From Pyrobaculum aerophilum str. IM2 (GTDB taxonomy: Archaea > Thermoproteota > Thermoprotei > Thermoproteales > Thermoproteaceae), in NCBI RefSeq assembly GCF_000007225.1, contig NC_003364.1, positions 900,001-932,000 on the forward strand: a stretch of 32,000 bases of DNA, given 5' to 3'. The position numbers and the translations under genes are program-made. The notes beneath the pieces were generated by a model. That model saw nothing but the letters and a program-made list of their open reading frames with translations, ran no database searches and was not told the origin of the DNA. This document shows positions 1 through 8,726 of the stretch, piece by piece (the first letter of the stretch is position 1; each line of letters starts with the position of its first letter).

Positions 1-863
1 GGAGAAGCCTCGAGATTTATAGAAGGTTCGCAGAGCCCAGAGAGGTAGTTTCTGTAGATATACTGCCCCGCTGGGTAGATCTCTCCAACATAAGCCACAT
101 ACCCCACGAAGTTGTTGACAGGGTAGATGGAGTTAGACTTAGCCCAGACGAAATCGCGGTGATTACAAAAGACTACCTCATCCCCGTGAGGGCAATTGTC
201 TCATCACTGCGTAAGGCCCTTAAGTTCTCTAACTCATATGGATTTCTTAAGGCAGACGGACGGCGGGTATACGTAATTGCCGATGGTAGGAGAATTGAGG
301 GAGATGTGATTGTCCTCGCCGCCGGTTATAGAAACAGTATCATAGCCAGAGAGGCGGGCATTGAACTCCCCCTGGCCCCCTATGAGTGTTACGCAGTGGC
401 GTTTATAGTAGGGCGGAAGGTGTGGCGCTACAGTATTGGCGATTACGTACTGGGGTGGTACGGAAGGCCGACAATGCCGCCGATTTACATAGCGGGGAAT
501 GGCTGCGGGAAATACGGCGAGGGGTCGCCCCCCAATTATACAAAGAGAATGGCGAATTTAATATCACAACGAATAGGAACGGCCATCCCCCTTTTCTTAA
601 AAGTGGGATATTGCGAAGTGGGGCCTCACGGCGGTCCGCTATATGGGAAACACCCGCTTTTCGACAACTTGTACATATTAGGCGGGTTTAACGGATACGG
701 CAGCATGGTCGGCCCCGCGTTGGCCGAACGCCTAGCGGATTTATTAGAGGGCAGGGGGATAGACGACGAGTTTAGGATTGAGAGGGCGCCGAAGGCCCAG
801 TTTGATCCTTGTCAAGTGGCTGAGAGACACGACTGGGGAGCCGTTCTGCTACGTAACACTTAA
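1..863 (+). CDS. FAD-dependent oxidoreductase (DAO / glycine-sarcosine oxidase-like), 5'-partial
   Basis: The frame of ORF 159..863 stays open back to position 3, so the gene starts outside the window. The C-terminal segment LGGFNGYGSMVGPALAERLADLL is typical of the DAO-family FAD-binding C-terminus. Confidence 0.65.
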   Translation, partial: RSLEIYRRFAEPREVVSVDILPRWVDLSNISHIPHEVVDRVDGVRLSPDEIAVITKDYLIPVRAIVSSLRKALKFSNSYGFLKADGRRVYVIADGRRIEGDVIVLAAGYRNSIIAREAGIELPLAPYECYAVAFIVGRKVWRYSIGDYVLGWYGRPTMPPIYIAGNGCGKYGEGSPPNYTKRMANLISQRIGTAIPLFLKVGYCEVGPHGGPLYGKHPLFDNLYILGGFNGYGSMVGPALAERLADLLEGRGIDDEFRIERAPKAQFDPCQVAERHDWGAVLLRNT

Positions 864-906
864 AAACCTAGGGAAAAGCCGGGCCGTGAGTAAAGAGCGA
901 GAGAAA

Positions 907-1053
907 ATGGTATTGATCTCCTTTCACGTGCCCCGATCCTACGTGGAAGTTCTTGACGAATTAGTAAGGATGGGAGTCTATCCGAGTCGTAGCGAGGCTA
1001 TAAGGGCGGCGCTCAGAGAGCTCCTGGGCAAATACAAGCCCGACGGAATTTAA
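907..1053 (+). CDS. small ribbon-helix-helix (CopG/Arc-like) DNA-binding protein, 48 aa
   Basis: Starts at an internal ATG of ORF 778..1053. MVLISFHVPRSYVEVLDELVRMGVYPSRSEAIRAALRELL fits a beta-strand plus two helices RHH pattern. The upstream part of the ORF overlaps the oxidoreductase gene and is Arg-rich junk. An alternative GTG start lies at 886. Confidence 0.55.
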   Translation: MVLISFHVPRSYVEVLDELVRMGVYPSRSEAIRAALRELLGKYKPDGI

Positions 1054-1076
1054 AAATACACTACTCACGTCGCTTT

Positions 1077-1889
1077 ATGCTCGGCGCGATCTCGGCGTTT
1101 ATAGCCACTCTCGCCTTTTCTATAAACGCCCCTTTGGCATATGCCGCATTTAAAAGAGGAGTGTCATCGCAGACTCTTGTTGCAATTCGCAATGTAATTG
1201 CTTTTATAATTCTGCTACCGCTGGCGGACTTTAAAATAAGCCTATCTACTCTCCTCGTCGTGATGCTATCAGCGCTTTTAGGCCCGGGGCTGGGGGATTA
1301 CGCGTATTTCAAGGCCATTGCCCAGAGCGGAGTGGCCACGGCGGTAACTATTGGGTATACGTATATCTTCACTACTCAAATTTTTGCAACTGCTCTAGGC
1401 GTAGAGCACCCAAGGGCCTTAACAATCATAGGGGCTTTGTTGGCTTTTATAGGCATTTATATAGCCCTGGGCGGGAGGCCGCGGGGACTTGGCGTGTTAT
1501 ACGGAGTCTTGGCGTCAATCTCGTGGGGCGCGGCGTCGGCGGCGCTCGGCGCCGCCTCTAAGGATGCAAGCCCCTTCACAATAGCAGTGATTAGATCGGC
1601 CGTATTGGCGCCTCTCTTCTCTCTATTTTCTAATTTTAGCGAAGCGAAAAAGGGCGGGATTATATACGCCGCTTTATCAGGCGTCGTCGGCTTGGCGCTT
1701 GGATCGACGGCTTTTATATATGCCATGTCGCAAATAGGCGTAGCCGCTACTGTAATAGCCACTTCTCTAACGCCTATTTTATCCCAGCTATTGGACAGAG
1801 CCGTTAACAAAGCAACGATATACCCTAAACATATATTAGGAGCAACATTAGTGGGATTAGGGACTGCCATTAGCATGACGAATAACTAG
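1077..1889 (+). CDS. EamA/DMT-superfamily permease
   Basis: 270 aa, about 10 hydrophobic helices arranged as two similar halves, Gly/Ala-rich, typical of EamA-domain transporters. Confidence 0.7.
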   Translation: MLGAISAFIATLAFSINAPLAYAAFKRGVSSQTLVAIRNVIAFIILLPLADFKISLSTLLVVMLSALLGPGLGDYAYFKAIAQSGVATAVTIGYTYIFTTQIFATALGVEHPRALTIIGALLAFIGIYIALGGRPRGLGVLYGVLASISWGAASAALGAASKDASPFTIAVIRSAVLAPLFSLFSNFSEAKKGGIIYAALSGVVGLALGSTAFIYAMSQIGVAATVIATSLTPILSQLLDRAVNKATIYPKHILGATLVGLGTAISMTNN

Positions 1890-1896
1890 ACCGCTG

Positions 1897-1902
1897 AAAA
1901 AA
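1897..1902 (-). terminator. oligo-T tract downstream of tatA
   Basis: A6 on the plus strand gives T6 on the minus strand, about 23 nt after the tatA stop. Archaeal termination commonly occurs at oligo-T. A mirrored T6 at 1931-1936 (+) lies about 40 nt after the convergent EamA gene. Confidence 0.3.
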
Positions 1903-1924
1903 TGAGGAGCTGACGACGGGCTGA

Positions 1925-2221
1925 CTATGATTTTTTCAACTCCGCTAGTTTTTTGTTTATCTCGTCTAAAATCTGCTCTTTGGTTTTACCCTCAGTTGAT
2001 ATGCCAAGCGATCTTGCCATTTCGATAATCTTCTGATCTATTTCCTCTTTCTTCTCCTCGCGTTTATGTTCCTCTACTCCAGACGCCGCCCTTCTGAACT
2101 CTCTAATCGCTTCTCCCATACCTCTAGCTAGAGCTGGTAGTTTGCTAGGCCCCCAGATCAGTATAATCACAAGTGCTATTAGGATTAAAATCATTTCCTG
2201 CACGCCTACGAATAGATACAT
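1925..2221 (-). CDS. tatA: Sec-independent (Tat) translocase subunit TatA/E
   Basis: N-terminal TM helix followed by WGPSKLPALARGMGEAIREFRRA, the TatA hinge and amphipathic-helix signature, then a charged tail. Confidence 0.85.
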   Translation of the reverse strand: MYLFVGVQEMILILIALVIILIWGPSKLPALARGMGEAIREFRRAASGVEEHKREEKKEEIDQKIIEMARSLGISTEGKTKEQILDEINKKLAELKKS

Positions 2222-2239
2222 GTGTATGATAGACTTACC

Positions 2240-2272
2240 TCCTTAATAAATTTTGAAAGGTTTATTTATTCG
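2240..2272. promoter_or_regulatory. divergent tatA / tatC promoter region (two TATA-like boxes)
   Basis: ccttaataaattt (2240-2252) is centred about 26 nt from the tatA ATG at 2221. ggtttatttattc (2258-2272) is centred about 22 nt from the tatC GTG at 2288. Confidence 0.4.
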
Positions 2273-2287
2273 CTGTAATGGTATGCT

Positions 2288-3130
2288 GTGATCGATAGGC
2301 CGCCGCGCGACAAAGAGATGCCAATCTGGGAGCACCTTGCCGAGTTGGGACAACGCCTAAAGAGAGTTCTCATAGCTTCCCTCATAGTCTTTTTAATCAT
2401 GTGGCTACCTGCCCCCTTGACAGGAGCCGGCAATCCCCTTACTACAGTTCTTTTTAACGTTGATTTATATAGGCCATTTGGCTACTGGCTCTTCTATCAA
2501 TCAATTGAGCCCATTGTAACAGAGTTGAATAAGACTACAAGAATACAGATAGTTCTTATATGGGGCCAAGTGTGGAATCCGCTTGCCTCTGTGGTGTATT
2601 CCTCTGCGTATATAACGGCGTTGATAGTATTCCCCTATTTTGTATATGAAATGTGGAAATATATAAAGCCAGCATTATACCCCCATGAGGAGAGAGCAGT
2701 AAAGAAATATCTGGGGGGATCACTCATCTTGTTTTATCTCGGCAATTTGTTCAGTATATACGTCATTTTTCCCGCTGTTTTTCGGTTCACAGCTAATTTC
2801 GCCACTATATTGGGGTTGTCTCAAATCGTTGACATCTCATCGGTGGTTAATACTTGGATTACTCTAGCCCTCATGAGCGGGGTTATATTTGAAACCCCTG
2901 TGGTTATGGCAATACTGTCTGAAATATGTGTGTTAAATCCATATTCAGTCCAGGAATATAGACCTGTTGTATATGCTGCAGCTCTAATCCTTATCGCAGT
3001 GATCACTCCAGATCCTACTGTCGTATCAACCATTCTTCTATTCATACCATTTATACTTCTCTTCGAGCTAGGTTTAGTATTTAGCAAGCGTATATTCAAG
3101 AGGTGTCCAGAATTTCAAAGGCCGCGGTAA
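2288..3130 (+). CDS. tatC: Sec-independent (Tat) translocase subunit TatC
   Basis: GTG start. The N-terminus MPIWEHLAELGQRLKRVLI matches the TatC HL.ELR.R motif. Six predicted TM helices, 280 aa. Confidence 0.85.
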   Translation: MIDRPPRDKEMPIWEHLAELGQRLKRVLIASLIVFLIMWLPAPLTGAGNPLTTVLFNVDLYRPFGYWLFYQSIEPIVTELNKTTRIQIVLIWGQVWNPLASVVYSSAYITALIVFPYFVYEMWKYIKPALYPHEERAVKKYLGGSLILFYLGNLFSIYVIFPAVFRFTANFATILGLSQIVDISSVVNTWITLALMSGVIFETPVVMAILSEICVLNPYSVQEYRPVVYAAALILIAVITPDPTVVSTILLFIPFILLFELGLVFSKRIFKRCPEFQRPR

Positions 3131-3957
3131 AGCCCGTAGAGATATAAGAGTTTATGTGTTGCAGACCAGCCGCCCGGCGCCTGGCGAATTAAATCCCATT
3201 TGACCAAGTAGCCTATTTGCCACGGGCTGGCAAAATCTTGAACATAGCCGTGGCTCAAAACCCCCTGAGATGCCAAGTCCTCGACCAAGTTAATATCTAA
3301 GCCCAACACGTCCACAACTCTTAATAACGCTTTGGTATAGTCGGGGGGCTCTGCGCGGCAATCATCGTCAGAGGGAGACACTGGCGTGAGCCTAACCTCT
3401 CCCTTGGTGACTGAGACGTCCCCCACAGCTTTAACGTATTTTTCCCTAACAAACGGCGGGGCTGAGGAGTGGAAAATGATCTCCCCCGGGAGGTCCGCGG
3501 GCCTGGTGGTTAATATCTGTACCTCCGCCCCGGTCAGCAAAGCGTAATTTACTATAATTGGGGCGTATTTCTGGTAGCCGAAGCGCAAATCCACTGCCAC
3601 GGACTCAACGCCTGTAGACATTAGTGAAATTGCGGCGATTACTGGGTCTGGAAACGGCGCCACGCATTTTGCCCCTCCCTGTCCTTGTGGAATTAGCCTC
3701 GCCGCCCAGGACTTCTCCAGGGGGATTTGCACAAATAGCAAAACTGCATCTACCTCTGTCAAGCCCAAATCAGCTTGATCAATAAGCGCGCCGAGAACGT
3801 TCACGCCATATATCTCCATTAACGCCCTAGCTAGGTGTAAATAGGAGCTTAGCCGCGGCGCGGGCGGGGGGCATTTACACATAGGCGAAATTACCGAGGA
3901 AGTCTCGCCCAGCGTGTTCACGCCCATGCTGTAATCGATGATTTGTACTACTGCCAC
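3115..3957 (-). CDS. hypothetical protein, 280 aa
   Basis: Long ORF with normal amino-acid composition, divergent from 3988..4353 across a 30-nt spacer containing tttatata. No motif I recognise. Confidence 0.55.
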   Translation of the reverse strand: MAVVQIIDYSMGVNTLGETSSVISPMCKCPPPAPRLSSYLHLARALMEIYGVNVLGALIDQADLGLTEVDAVLLFVQIPLEKSWAARLIPQGQGGAKCVAPFPDPVIAAISLMSTGVESVAVDLRFGYQKYAPIIVNYALLTGAEVQILTTRPADLPGEIIFHSSAPPFVREKYVKAVGDVSVTKGEVRLTPVSPSDDDCRAEPPDYTKALLRVVDVLGLDINLVEDLASQGVLSHGYVQDFASPWQIGYLVKWDLIRQAPGGWSATHKLLYLYGLYRGL

Positions 3958-3987
3958 ATGTTTATATAGACGGGTTATTTAAGAGAC

Positions 3988-4353
3988 GTGAGCGTTGCCG
4001 GAATAAGGTTCGACTATATTCACGCCGAGAGGCTGGGAGTCCCCCCGCCGGGCGCCCAGCTCCAAATGAATATGCAGGTTATGATAGAGGGGGAGCGGGC
4101 TGTTAAGAGAAGCGGCGTCACTGAAATACCCTTTACTGTTAGCATATCCTCTGCTCCAAGCGTCGTCACAGTCACAATTAGAGGCGTTGCCGCGATACAG
4201 GGCGATGTTGACGTGAAAAACCTCCCGCCGCATGTGGCCGCGCCAATAATGCAAGCGGCGCTTTTCGAGGCGGCTCTAATAATGAGAGAGCTCGGCTTCC
4301 CGCCGCCTCTCCCAATCCAGCCCCAGCCTCCTCAAACGCCCCACTATGCGTGA
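3988..4353 (+). CDS. hypothetical protein, 121 aa, possible SecB-like fold
   Basis: GTG start. Strand-strand-strand-strand-helix pattern with a C-terminal segment AAPIMQAALFEAALIMRELGFPPPLPIQP. This resembles the SecB CP..LFPYARE.I....G.FP.L.L.P region. Similarity is by eye only. Confidence 0.5.
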   Translation: MSVAGIRFDYIHAERLGVPPPGAQLQMNMQVMIEGERAVKRSGVTEIPFTVSISSAPSVVTVTIRGVAAIQGDVDVKNLPPHVAAPIMQAALFEAALIMRELGFPPPLPIQPQPPQTPHYA

Positions 4354-4400
4354 TGACCCAACCCCGGCATAGAGCTGTGATGTGATATCTCGAGGGCTGA
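4350..4400 (+). ncRNA. candidate C/D-box sRNA (about 51 nt)
   Basis: C box GUGAUGA at 4350-4356, 13-nt spacer, degenerate D' UAGA at 4370-4373, C' GUGAUGU at 4377-4383, 13-nt spacer, D box CUGA at 4397-4400. It overlaps the stop of 3988..4353 and the annotated GTG start of the MFS gene. Confidence 0.35.
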
Positions 4401-5488
4401 ATTTATTCCCCCTGGTTTTATTCTCCCGCGGCGTTTATTCGCTAATGTGGTTTTTCCTCGCGCCAGTACTCCCGGCTATTTTAAGGGAATTCCGCGTAGA
4501 TCCAGCTTACGCCGGGCTTCTCCCCGCCGCGTTTATTATTGGCGCCGCAGTTACGCAAATTCCGGCGAGTTATTTAGGGGCTGTGTACGGCCACGACAAA
4601 GTTGCCGGTCTTGGGATGTTAATCTTCGGCGTATCCTCGGCCTTGCTACCGCTATCTCCCAGTTGGGAGTGGCTTCTTTTGCTAAGAGCAGTGGGCGGCG
4701 TCGGCGCTGGGCTCTTCTTCTCAACGGCCGGCGCTGTGTTAATCGCCTTGAGGCCAAGGGCTGTGGGCTCGGCCCTGGGCTGGTATAACGCGTCGTTTAA
4801 TATCGGCGCTTTTGTCGGCTATTACTGGGGCTTTGTGGCCTCTGCCATTGGCTGGAGGGCTGCCATTGCCCTTCCAGGCCTCTTATCCGCGGCTCTCGGC
4901 GTCTTACTGCTCAGAGGCGTCGGCATAAAGACCTCTACTTCTATAAGCCGTAGCGCTTTAATTTACGGACTGGCCTCATTCCCCTTTTGGGGCGCAGTGT
5001 ATGCCGCCAATAACCTCACAGCCACGTGGCTACACTTATTTAAAGGGATTAGCGAGGATTTAGCCGGGGCTCTCTCCTCGGCCGCCATGATATCGGGATT
5101 CTTCGGCGGGTTTGTGGGCAGGCTGTACGACAGAGTTAAGAGGAAAACCTATCTCCTCATTGGAGCGCCCATATTGGCGGCGCTTGGATATATAACAATT
5201 CCCAGCGCCCCTTTGGAGGTTATTCCCATTTTGGTGTTTTTATACGGCATTTCCTTTAACGCCTATATTACCTCTGTATATACTACTGCGTCAAAGAGGG
5301 CGGAGAATCCGGCATCAGCCTTAGCGATAATCAACGTATTAAATATGGCTCTGGGGCTCCACTTTAGCTACGCCTTCTCTTGGCTCATGACGCAATGGGC
5401 TAAAGCCCCGTGGCTTATGTTATCCGCCCTTGCCCTTCTTTCAGCTTTTTCTACATATATAGTTATAAATAGGTTAAAGATTTATTAA
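4382..5488 (+). CDS. MFS transporter
   Basis: 368 aa, about 11-12 TM helices, Gly/Ala-rich with an MFS-like loop. The start is uncertain (GTG 4382, or ATG 4445 at MWFFLAP). Confidence 0.7.
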   Translation: MISRGLNLFPLVLFSRGVYSLMWFFLAPVLPAILREFRVDPAYAGLLPAAFIIGAAVTQIPASYLGAVYGHDKVAGLGMLIFGVSSALLPLSPSWEWLLLLRAVGGVGAGLFFSTAGAVLIALRPRAVGSALGWYNASFNIGAFVGYYWGFVASAIGWRAAIALPGLLSAALGVLLLRGVGIKTSTSISRSALIYGLASFPFWGAVYAANNLTATWLHLFKGISEDLAGALSSAAMISGFFGGFVGRLYDRVKRKTYLLIGAPILAALGYITIPSAPLEVIPILVFLYGISFNAYITSVYTTASKRAENPASALAIINVLNMALGLHFSYAFSWLMTQWAKAPWLMLSALALLSAFSTYIVINRLKIY

Positions 5489-5508
5489 TAGAAAGCTTCA
5501 CGCAACAA

Positions 5509-6405
5509 GTGAAAGTGGTTATCGCCCTTGGGGGCAACGCCTTCAATAAACCCGGCGAGCCGATAAACCAAGACGCCCATTTGAAAAACATAGAGGCGGC
5601 GGCGAAAATAATTCAGAGGATTGTACAAGAGGGGCATCAAGTGGTGGTAACCCACGGCAACGGCCCCCAAGTGGGGTATTTCGCAGAGCTTCAGCGAGAT
5701 AGCCAAGCTTTTAAGCTCGACGCCATTAACGCCTTGACACAGGGACTGTTGGGCTACCTCATTGTATCTGCGCTGGATAAGGCGCTCGGGAGGGGGAGAT
5801 CTGCGGCGTTAGTCACAAGAGTAGAGGTGGACTGTTCCGATCCAGCGTTTAAGACTCCGACGAAATACATAGGGCCTATTTACTCTGAGGAGGAGGCTAA
5901 GAAACTCGGCGTAATGTACGGCTGGCAGTTTAAACAAGACCCGCGCGGCGGATGGCGGAGAGTAGTACCGTCTCCCACGCCGCTGAGGATAGTAGAAATC
6001 GATATAATCAAGCGGCTGGCCGACGCCGGTTATGTAGTGGTGGCTGCTGGCGGCGGCGGAATACCCGTCTGCGAAAATACAGGCGTCGAGGGAGTTGTGG
6101 ACAAGGACTTGGCCTCTTCCCTCCTCGCAATTGAGTGGAAGGCCGATTTACTCATAATTTTAACTGACGTTGACGGCGTTTATCTCAATTTCAAAAAGCC
6201 CGGCCAGAGGAAGCTGGACGCCGTCCGCGTTGACGAGCTTGAGAAGTACTATGCCGAGGGCCATTTCCCGCCTGGCTCAATGGGTCCAAAGGTGCTCGCC
6301 GCAATTAACTTCATACGCAACGGCGGGAAGAGGGCGGCTATTGGGGCATTGGAAGAGGGCTATGAGGTCTTTAAAGGGGTGCGGGGAACTCAGATTATCC
6401 CCTAG
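5509..6405 (+). CDS. arcC: carbamate kinase
   Basis: VVIALGGNAF, VVTHGNGPQVG and AAGGGGIPV motifs of the carbamate kinase / amino-acid kinase family. 298 aa. Confidence 0.9.
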   Translation: MKVVIALGGNAFNKPGEPINQDAHLKNIEAAAKIIQRIVQEGHQVVVTHGNGPQVGYFAELQRDSQAFKLDAINALTQGLLGYLIVSALDKALGRGRSAALVTRVEVDCSDPAFKTPTKYIGPIYSEEEAKKLGVMYGWQFKQDPRGGWRRVVPSPTPLRIVEIDIIKRLADAGYVVVAAGGGGIPVCENTGVEGVVDKDLASSLLAIEWKADLLIILTDVDGVYLNFKKPGQRKLDAVRVDELEKYYAEGHFPPGSMGPKVLAAINFIRNGGKRAAIGALEEGYEVFKGVRGTQIIP

Positions 6406-7661
6406 GCGAGGAATTGGGAAAGAGGCTTCTCTACTTCAATCCTTTTCTCTAAGTCTCTAACTTTGATAACTCCCTTTTCTAACTCCTTTCGGCCAATAAT
6501 TATTATGTGTCTAGCCCCGACTTTTAACGCGTATTCAAAGGCGTCTTTTAGACCTTTTTCTCCTAACTCTACCACGACGCTATAGCCCTCTGTCCTCAGT
6601 TTTTTTGCAACCGCTGCCGCGTATTTATAGGCGTCGTCATCAAAAATATATATGTAGTAGTCCAGCGGCCTTTCCACGTTCTGTATTCCCACCGCCTCCA
6701 TTAGCCTCTCTACGCCTATGGCAAATCCCAGCGCCGGGGTTTTCACCCCGCTGTACAGCTCCAGGAGATCGTCGTAACGCCCGCCGCCGCCGACGGCGAG
6801 TTTGTACTCCCCCACAAAGGCCTCGAAGACTATTCCAGTGTAGTAATCCAGCCCCCTTACAATTGACATATCGAATTTAAGCCTTTCCATCGGGACCGAC
6901 GCCTCCAGGTACTTCACAATTTTTTCATAACTAGCCCCTAACGCCTTGTCAAGTTTATACAACAGCTCAACAGCTTCTTGAATAGTAATTTCAGTGGCCG
7001 TGTTGTATATCTCTTCGGCGATTTCCTTAGATACCCCACCCCCTGTCATTATCTTAATCACGTCTTCGCGCGGCAGTTTGAGCTTTTTGTCAAGCGCTTT
7101 ATATATAATATCTCTATACGGCGCAACGCCGAGGTGTTCAAGCAGTTTGTCAACAGCTCTCCTGTCATTTATCCTCACGTAAAAGTTAGAGGCGCCGGCC
7201 GCCTCAAGCGATGCGATTAATAATTGAATTACCTCGGCGTCGGCCCTGGGGCTGGAGGAGCCGACTAGCTCCACGCCGAATTGGTAAAACTCGCGATATC
7301 TCCCGTGTTGCGGCTCATCGTATCTAAAGACTTTTGTGAAGTAGTACCAACGCACTGGCCTTGGCAGTTCTAAGTTATATGAAAGGACTCTGGCCACGGG
7401 CACCGTCATGTCGAACCGGAGGCCTAAATCCCTCCCGGCCTTGTCCTTGAAGTAATATATCTCATTAATGACGTCTTGCCCGGCCTTTTTCGCCAGTACT
7501 TCAAAGTGTTCTACCACAGGCGTCTCCACGCGCCTATACCCAAAGGACTCGGCCACTTTACACAAAACCTCTTCCATGTGCCTTAAAGCGTAATACTGCG
7601 GAGGCAACCAATCCCGCATCCCGCGCACTGGCCTCCTCAAGTGATCAGGCAGGCCGCTCAT
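6402..7661 (-). CDS. hisS: histidine--tRNA ligase
   Basis: RGMRDWLP, FRYDEPQHGRYREFYQFGVE and GGGGRYD class-II HisRS motifs, plus a C-terminal anticodon-binding domain. Confidence 0.95.
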   Translation of the reverse strand: MSGLPDHLRRPVRGMRDWLPPQYYALRHMEEVLCKVAESFGYRRVETPVVEHFEVLAKKAGQDVINEIYYFKDKAGRDLGLRFDMTVPVARVLSYNLELPRPVRWYYFTKVFRYDEPQHGRYREFYQFGVELVGSSSPRADAEVIQLLIASLEAAGASNFYVRINDRRAVDKLLEHLGVAPYRDIIYKALDKKLKLPREDVIKIMTGGGVSKEIAEEIYNTATEITIQEAVELLYKLDKALGASYEKIVKYLEASVPMERLKFDMSIVRGLDYYTGIVFEAFVGEYKLAVGGGGRYDDLLELYSGVKTPALGFAIGVERLMEAVGIQNVERPLDYYIYIFDDDAYKYAAAVAKKLRTEGYSVVVELGEKGLKDAFEYALKVGARHIIIIGRKELEKGVIKVRDLEKRIEVEKPLSQFLA

Positions 7662-8698
7662 AACGCCCTCCTCTCCACGGCTTCTTGAACTACGTCAACA
7701 CCTTGTTGTTTCACAACAGCTATAAGCCTTGGAAATAGCCTATTAGACAGCCCTATATTCTCGGGAGGAGTGACCCCGGGATCTAGGTCTTTAATCACAT
7801 ATAGCATGCCCACCGCCACGCTCCCCGTGGCGACTTGCATAGCCGTCCAATTGCCGCGAGGCTTGACAAGCACCTCGTATTGTATCTTCTTCTCCCCGCG
7901 CGTTCCCACAACCCTCATGTACACCACGTCTTGCACGTCGAATTTAAGCCTTGACAGAAGTTTTGCAGTAATTAGCCGGGGGGGCGGCTCGCCCTCCTCT
8001 TCCATAAAGCCCAAATCGCGGATAAGCCGTATTTTCTCCACGTGGCCGGGCCACCTCAGAGTTTTCTCGTACATATTAGGGACGTCTAGAGTCCTCAACA
8101 AAGTGCGCAACCCATCGGTGTAGAAAGCCTCGAGCACGCCAATAGGCGAGTGAATAAGCTCTACATCGCCTAGCGGGTCCACTGATATGATTTGACCCCC
8201 CTTCTTGATCCTGGCGGGCCTGGTGTATTCCTCAATTAAATCAAGGGGACTCCACGTAATTGAGTAACCGAGGGGCCCCACTGGCCTCTGGGGTATGCCG
8301 CCGACGTATATCCCCAGCTCGTCGACTCGCCCCAAATCGGCCACAATTCTGCCCGCGAGGACGTTGCTAAGCCCCGGCGCCACCCCGGCGTCTGGCACGT
8401 ATCTCGCCCCGTTTTTAACAGCCACATCATGTAGTGAAAAGGGATCCTCGGCGTAGAATGAAATGTCCACGACGTCAACACCCGCCTCTAATGCCCTTTT
8501 CGACGCCTTATATGCGACGTTTCCCGGCAAGGCGTTAATTACAAGGTCGTACCCCTTTACCTCCACCTCCAACGCGTCTTGAGGGACGGCGGCGGGGCAA
8601 TTCTTTGCCTTGTCCACAACTACTACCTCGTGTCTTTGAGACAGAGATTCGTAGACATATCTCCCTATGTGCCCGCAGCCCAATAGCAATATCCTCAC
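7658..8698 (-). CDS. saccharopine dehydrogenase-like NAD(P)-binding oxidoreductase
   Basis: N-terminal Rossmann motif MRILLLGCGHIGRYV. Length and the C-terminal domain fit the saccharopine dehydrogenase family. ATGA overlap with hisS. Confidence 0.75.
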   Translation of the reverse strand: MRILLLGCGHIGRYVYESLSQRHEVVVVDKAKNCPAAVPQDALEVEVKGYDLVINALPGNVAYKASKRALEAGVDVVDISFYAEDPFSLHDVAVKNGARYVPDAGVAPGLSNVLAGRIVADLGRVDELGIYVGGIPQRPVGPLGYSITWSPLDLIEEYTRPARIKKGGQIISVDPLGDVELIHSPIGVLEAFYTDGLRTLLRTLDVPNMYEKTLRWPGHVEKIRLIRDLGFMEEEGEPPPRLITAKLLSRLKFDVQDVVYMRVVGTRGEKKIQYEVLVKPRGNWTAMQVATGSVAVGMLYVIKDLDPGVTPPENIGLSNRLFPRLIAVVKQQGVDVVQEAVERRAL

Positions 8699-8726
8699 AA
8701 GTTGACTAATCCCTTGCGTATTTATA

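Noticed and set aside
3979-4254. 91-aa minus-strand ORF overlapping 3988..4353.
   Set aside because: The plus-strand frame is longer, has a sensible composition and a plausible fold pattern. The minus-strand product is His/Arg/Cys-rich with no support.
4447-4788. Arg-rich alternative-frame ORFs (113 aa plus strand, 68 aa minus strand) inside the MFS gene.
   Set aside because: These are typical off-frame ORFs of GC-rich membrane-protein genes, with Arg/Pro/Ser-rich products.
6402-6405. Convergent arcC and hisS share their stop codons within the palindrome CTAG.
   Set aside because: This is real but reflects genome compaction. No further functional inference is justified.
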